DNA of 64,000 nucleotides from the human T2T-CHM13v2.0 reference genome, Homo sapiens. The position numbers and the translations under genes were made by a program. Location: the NCBI RefSeq assembly GCF_009914755.1, contig NC_060937.1. The stretch is one strand, 5' to 3'. The notes under the pieces were generated by a model, which did no database searches, was not told the origin of the DNA, and saw only the letters and a list, made by a program, of their open reading frames with translations. Shown here in pieces: positions 58,810-64,000 of the stretch; within the stretch, counting starts at the first letter, position 1, and the number at the start of each line of letters is the position of its first letter.

Positions 58810-61800
58810 GAGCAAAATGGCAGAATGGGAAGGCCCAGGCTTTACTGCTACCCACAAAAAGTTCAGATAGCAGCTATCCACAGACAATTATGCCTTGGTG
58901 AAAATCCTTCATATTAGGAATAAGCCTGAGTAACCTGTGTCATCCACAGAATGGAATAAAAACTGCAAAGAAAACAGCAGAAAAAAATCTTACTTTGATC
59001 ACATCACCCTCTTCCCACCCTCAAATTAACACAGTGCCACACAAAGAGAGTTTTCCAGTGATCACAGTTCTTACAGAGAAAAAAAAAAAAAAAAAAAAGA
59101 GTGAACCAGAGGTGAACATTAAGCTTCCCCAGCATTTTGAGATACTTCCAAAGAAGCCCATTCCATTCTTACCTAAAGGGAAACAGTGAATAATGGCATG
59201 GTTAGACCTCCTAGGGTCAAAAAGAAATAAAGCAAGGAATTGTATCCCACAGCAACCAGCACATAGCTTTCAGTAATAGTTCCATGTGCCTTTCAGCGAT
59301 GATGCTCACTCAGTTACCACCTAACAGCATAGCCCATCCGCAAAATTTAGCTGTTCATCCCAGAAGTGGAGAGAGTTTCTAGCTGGCTTGAATCCCCAGA
59401 CAGCCAGTCTCTAAGACTGGCCTCAGATCCTACCAAGGGACCCTGTTCAAGGAGGGAGACAACCACTGCAGCAAATTTTGGCAAAGAGCAAGGGCTAGAT
59501 CTGACATCCTCAGCCATTTAAACAGTGGTTGAACCAGCTTCAAAGCCCACCTCAAGGTTGTACATAGGCAGAGAGACAAATCTTAATTAACCATGCATTT
59601 CTACTCAACACAGCAGCTAGTCTTGTACATGCTGATTAGAGACTTTGCCTAACTGTGAGGATTCTACTGCAATCCTGTCCAACTTCTGATCTCAAATAGT
59701 GGTACCATCTGGCCAGGGAACATGCCCTGTGGCCAGTCTCAGTCAGACGTAATTGTAGTTTCCCACCCAGCAGCTCAGCCTGATTGCAGAGCTCAGCCAG
59801 TAGTCTTGCCAGATAGCAGGGCCCAGCCAGATGTTCCACCTAATCCGAAAACAAGGGCACAAGCCCTGCCATCTATAGAACCTCAAAGCAAACACTGACT
59901 GAACAGAGTTGTTACCAGTTGGCCCATCCAGAATCATAGTCTAGACTACATAGTGAACGTCAATCCCTGCCAAAAACATGTATAAAAGCTGAAAAAGGTG
60001 GATGCCCACTTAAAGGTACAGACATTAACACAAAAACAAAAAGATTACAAAGACTCATGAAATCATGAAACCTCTAAAATAAAATAACAAATTCCTCAAA
60101 ATAAACACTAAAGAAAGGGAGATATGCCAAATGGTAAATGAGGATTCAGATTAATTCCCATAAAGTTTAGTAACTTATAAGAATATACAGATAAAACCTT
60201 AAATGAAATTTGGAAAACACTACATGAACAAAATAGAAAAAGACAAAAAAATAGGAACAAAAAATAGAAATCCTACAGATTGATAATATAATGACTGAAA
60301 TGAAAAATGCCATAGAAAACTTCAACAGCAGGCTTACTCAAGCTGAAGGGTCAGTGAACTCAATGACAAAACATTTGAAAATATCCAATCAAGTGGGCAA
60401 AAAAAAAATTAAAAAGAATAAATAAAGCCTACAGGATTTATGGGACACATTCAAGAGATCTAATCTATGCATAATAGGAGCTTAAAAAGGAGATGAAAGA
60501 AAGAGCCAGTAAGTGTACTTTAAAAAATAGTGGCTGAAAACTTCCTTAATCTGGGAGAAAATGTCAACATCCAAGTACATGAAGTACAGAAGTCTCCAAT
60601 CAAATTCAATCCAAAAAGGAGTTCACAAAAGCACATAATAATTGAACCATCAAAAATTAAAGAAAATAAAAAATTCTGAGAGTAGCAAGAGATAAGAAAC
60701 ATATCACAAAAAAGGGGGTCCCAATACTGCTATCAGTGGATTACTGAGCAGAAATTCTTTTGTTCAGGGGATATTGGGATGATATATTTAAAGTGCTGAA
60801 GCAAAAAAACTGTCAATGAATTCCTTTTGTTTGTAGTAAAGCTATTTTTTCTGAAATAAAGAAATTAAAAAACTTCCTAGCCAAACAAAAGCTAAGGGAG
60901 TTCTTTACCAATAGGCTGTCCTCACAAGAATTGCTAATGGGAGTTCTTTAAGATGGCAAAAAGGCCACTATTTAATAACATAAAAGTTACACAAATATAA
61001 AATTCAATCATATAAGTAATACTGAACAAGATTCAGAATACTCCAGGACTGAAATTGTGTTGTGTATTGTAATTTTATACCTAATACAATGGTTAAAAGA
61101 CAATTATTAAAAACAACTATTGCTATGATAAACAATCAAGGGATACATATCACAAATAATGTAAATTCTAACATCAAAAACATAAAATATGAGTGGAGAA
61201 ACCAAAGTGTAGAGTTGCTGCATGCGGTCAAAATTATGTTTTTATCAATCTGAAACAGACTGTTATTAGAATAAGATGTTCTATGTAAGCATCATAGTAA
61301 AACAGAGCAAAAATATCTAGTAGATACACAAAGCAAAATTAGAGAAGATGCAAAACATATTACTAAAAAAAAAACCCATCAAATCACAAAGGAAGACAGG
61401 AAGAGAGGGGTAAAAAAAAAGCAAAGTATCTGTATAACAACCAGGAATCAATTAACACAATCCCAATAGGAAGTCATTACCTTCAATAATTACTTCGGAT
61501 TTAAATGGATTACATTCTCTAATAAAGAATTTACTTAATAGATAGAAAAATACTCAATTATACGCTGTTTACAAGAGCCTTGCCTCACTTTTATGAACAT
61601 ACATAAGCCTAAATATTAAAAGATGGAAAAAGATATTCCACACAATTAGAAACCAAAAGGGAATAGAGGTAACTCTACTTACATCAGACAAGAAGAGTTA
61701 AAGTTCCAAACTAAAAAAAGTGACAAAGAACAACATTATATAATGATAACAGGGTCAATTCATCAAGAGAATATGTATGTACCCAACACTGGGGCACCTA

Positions 61801-63065
61801 AATATATAAAGAAAATATTAAATGATCTGAAGGAAGACATTGATTGTAATACAATAATAATAGGGTACTTTAATGCTCTACTTTCAATAATGAACAGATC
61901 AGTGAGACAAAGATTAATAAGAAAGTATTGGTCCACCTACAGACTGGGGGGAAGATACTTGCAAGTCATATATCTGATATGGGCTTAATATCTAAAATAT
62001 GTAAGACAACTTTATAGAAAGAAAGTAAATGATTAAAAAATGGGCAAGATACATCAAGGGACACTTTTCTAAAGGGGACATAAAAATGGCCAGCAGGTAT
62101 ATAAAATAACTTAACATTGCTAATCATTAGAGAAATGCAAATTAAAGCCACAATGAAATATTACCTCACACCTGTTAAAATGGCTAGTATCAAAAAGATG
62201 AAAGGTAAGTGCTGGCAAGGATATGTTGAAAAGGAAAGCCTTGTATGCTGTTGGGAGGGGTGTACATTAGTACAGACATTATAGAAAACACTATGAGGGT
62301 TCCTCAAGAAACTAAAAATAGAATTACCATATGATTCAGCAATTCAGTTTCTGAATACGTACTGAAATGATTTCAAAACAGTATGTCAAAGAAATGTCTG
62401 CAGTTTTTGTGTTTGTTGCAGCACTATTCACAATAGCCAAGTTATAGAATCAACCTCTAAGTGCCCAAAACAGATGAATACATAAATAAAATGTGGTATA
62501 TACACATAAGGAAATACTATTCTGCTTTGTCATAAATTGTCACAGTGACTACATGAATGAAACTGGAGAATATTATGCTAAGTGAAATAAGCCAGGGACA
62601 GAAAGACAAATACTGAATGTTCTCACTTATATGTGGAATCTACAACAATGGAACTTAAAGAAGCAGAGAGTAGAATTGTAGTTACAGAGGCTTGGGGGAG
62701 GGAGGGAGAAAATAGGAGATGATGATGAAAGAATATAAAGCCTCAATTAGATAGGAGGAATAAGCTTTGCTTTTCTTTGAGATATGTTGCATGGCATGGT
62801 GAATATAGTAAATTATAATGTACATTTCAAAATTGCTAAGAGTAAATTTCTAATTTTATCACAAAATGATAAGTATTCAAGGTGATGAATATGTTAATTA
62901 GCTTAATTTTCTTATTCCACATTGTAATTATAAATTATAATTATAATTTATTGTAATTATAAATCATGTACATCATTGTAATTATAAATCATGACATCAT
63001 TTTATATTTAATAAATATATAGAACTATAACTTATCAATTTATATTTATTACAATAAATTTTGTT
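58810..63065 (+). mobile_element. L1MA-type element (5' UTR, ORF1, deleted ORF2, L1MA4/5-like 3' UTR) nested in the outer L1M
   Basis: Begins 'gagcaaaatggcagaatggg'. ORF1 motifs 'gctgaaaacttccttaatctgg'. EN motif YVPNTGAPKYIK. ORF2 jumps at ~61932. 3' UTR 'ttagataggaggaataag...aaattgctaagagtaaatt'. Degenerate TSD aaaatggattaaag / aaaaggacaaaag. Confidence 0.85.
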
Positions 63066-63820
63066 AAAAGGACAAAAGACCTAAACATAAGACCTGAAAC
63101 CATAAAACTCTGGGAAGAAAACACAGGAGAAATGTTCTTTGACATTTGACTTGGCAATGATTTTTTAGATATCACACCAAAAGCTTAGGGAACAAAAGCA
63201 AAAAATAAATAAATGGAACTATATCCAACTGAAACATTTGTGCACAAAAAAGGAAATAATCAGTAGAGTGAACAGGCAATTTACAAACTAGAAAAAAATA
63301 TTTATTTGCAAACCACATATCTGATGAGGAGTTGATATCCAAGATACATAAAGAACTGATGCAACTAAATAGCAAATAACCAAATAACCAAATTTTTAAG
63401 GCAGAGGACCTGAGTAGACATTTCTTCAAAGAAGACATCAAAATGGCTAACAGGCATATGAAAAGATGCTCAACGTCACTAGTCATCAGAGAAATGTAAA
63501 TCGAAATCACAAGGTGATATTGCCTCACACCAGTTAGGAGGGCTAGTATCAAAAAACAAGAGATAAGTATTGGTGAACAGACCCCTAATACACTGTTTGT
63601 GGAAATGTAAATTGGTGCAGCTGCTGTGGAAAATAGTAAGGAGATTCTGATAGAAACTAAAAATAGAACTACCATATTCACAATGGCCCAAATATGGAAA
63701 CAACTTAAGTATTCATCAATGGAGGGATGGATGCAGAAATTGTTGTTTACATGTGTGTGTGTATATATATATATAATATTATATAATATATTATAATATC
63801 TATAATGGAACAGTATTCCA
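63066..63820 (+). mobile_element. Outer L1M ORF2 C-terminal region, right part
   Basis: Resumes 'aaagacctaaacataagacctgaaaccataaaactc', colinear with 58809. Confidence 0.85.
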
Positions 63821-63823
63821 TTA

Positions 63824-64000
63824 TATTATATAATTATATATTATATAATATTATGTATTATATAATTATATATTATATAATATTATGTATTATATAATTA
63901 TATATTATATAATATTATGTATTATATAATTATATATTATATAATATTATGTATTATATAATTATATATTATATAATATTATGTATTATATAATTATATA
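63824..64000. repeat. Perfect 32-bp AT-rich minisatellite (GTATTATATAATTATATATTATATAATATTAT)n, truncated by the window end
   Basis: The only G bases fall at 63855, 63887, 63919, 63951 and 63983, giving an exact period of 32. Confidence 0.95.

Noticed and set aside
63824-64000. CRISPR-like periodicity
   Set aside because: Head-to-tail identical units with no unique spacers, in a primate context.

Overview
This is AT-rich primate (human-like) non-coding DNA, intronic or intergenic, made mostly of interspersed repeats. I found no credible host protein-coding gene, tRNA, rRNA or CRISPR array. The long ORFs in the track are remnants of THE1-int, L1 ORF1/ORF2 or Alu. Main elements: a complete THE1 MaLR provirus with a TACCT TSD inside an L2; nine Alus; a piggyBac MER75 with TTAA TSDs; a MADE1; a Tip100-type MITE; several solo LTRs; a twin-primed L1PB; a full-length decayed L1PA6-like element; an L1MA nested in an older L1M; and a perfect 32-bp AT-rich VNTR running off the window end. 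The most informative unexplained structures are: (1) an L1 3' transduction of about 390 bp inserted in the linker of an AluY; (2) a likely second, about 1.1 kb GC-rich transduction behind the L1PA6; (3) a 95-bp inverted locally templated insertion and other local template-copy scars; (4) near-perfect hairpins and palindromes; (5) a few candidate small exons. I cannot support a novel biological system from this sequence alone. Family and subfamily names come from recalled consensus sequences, not from a database search, and boundaries of old repeats are approximate.
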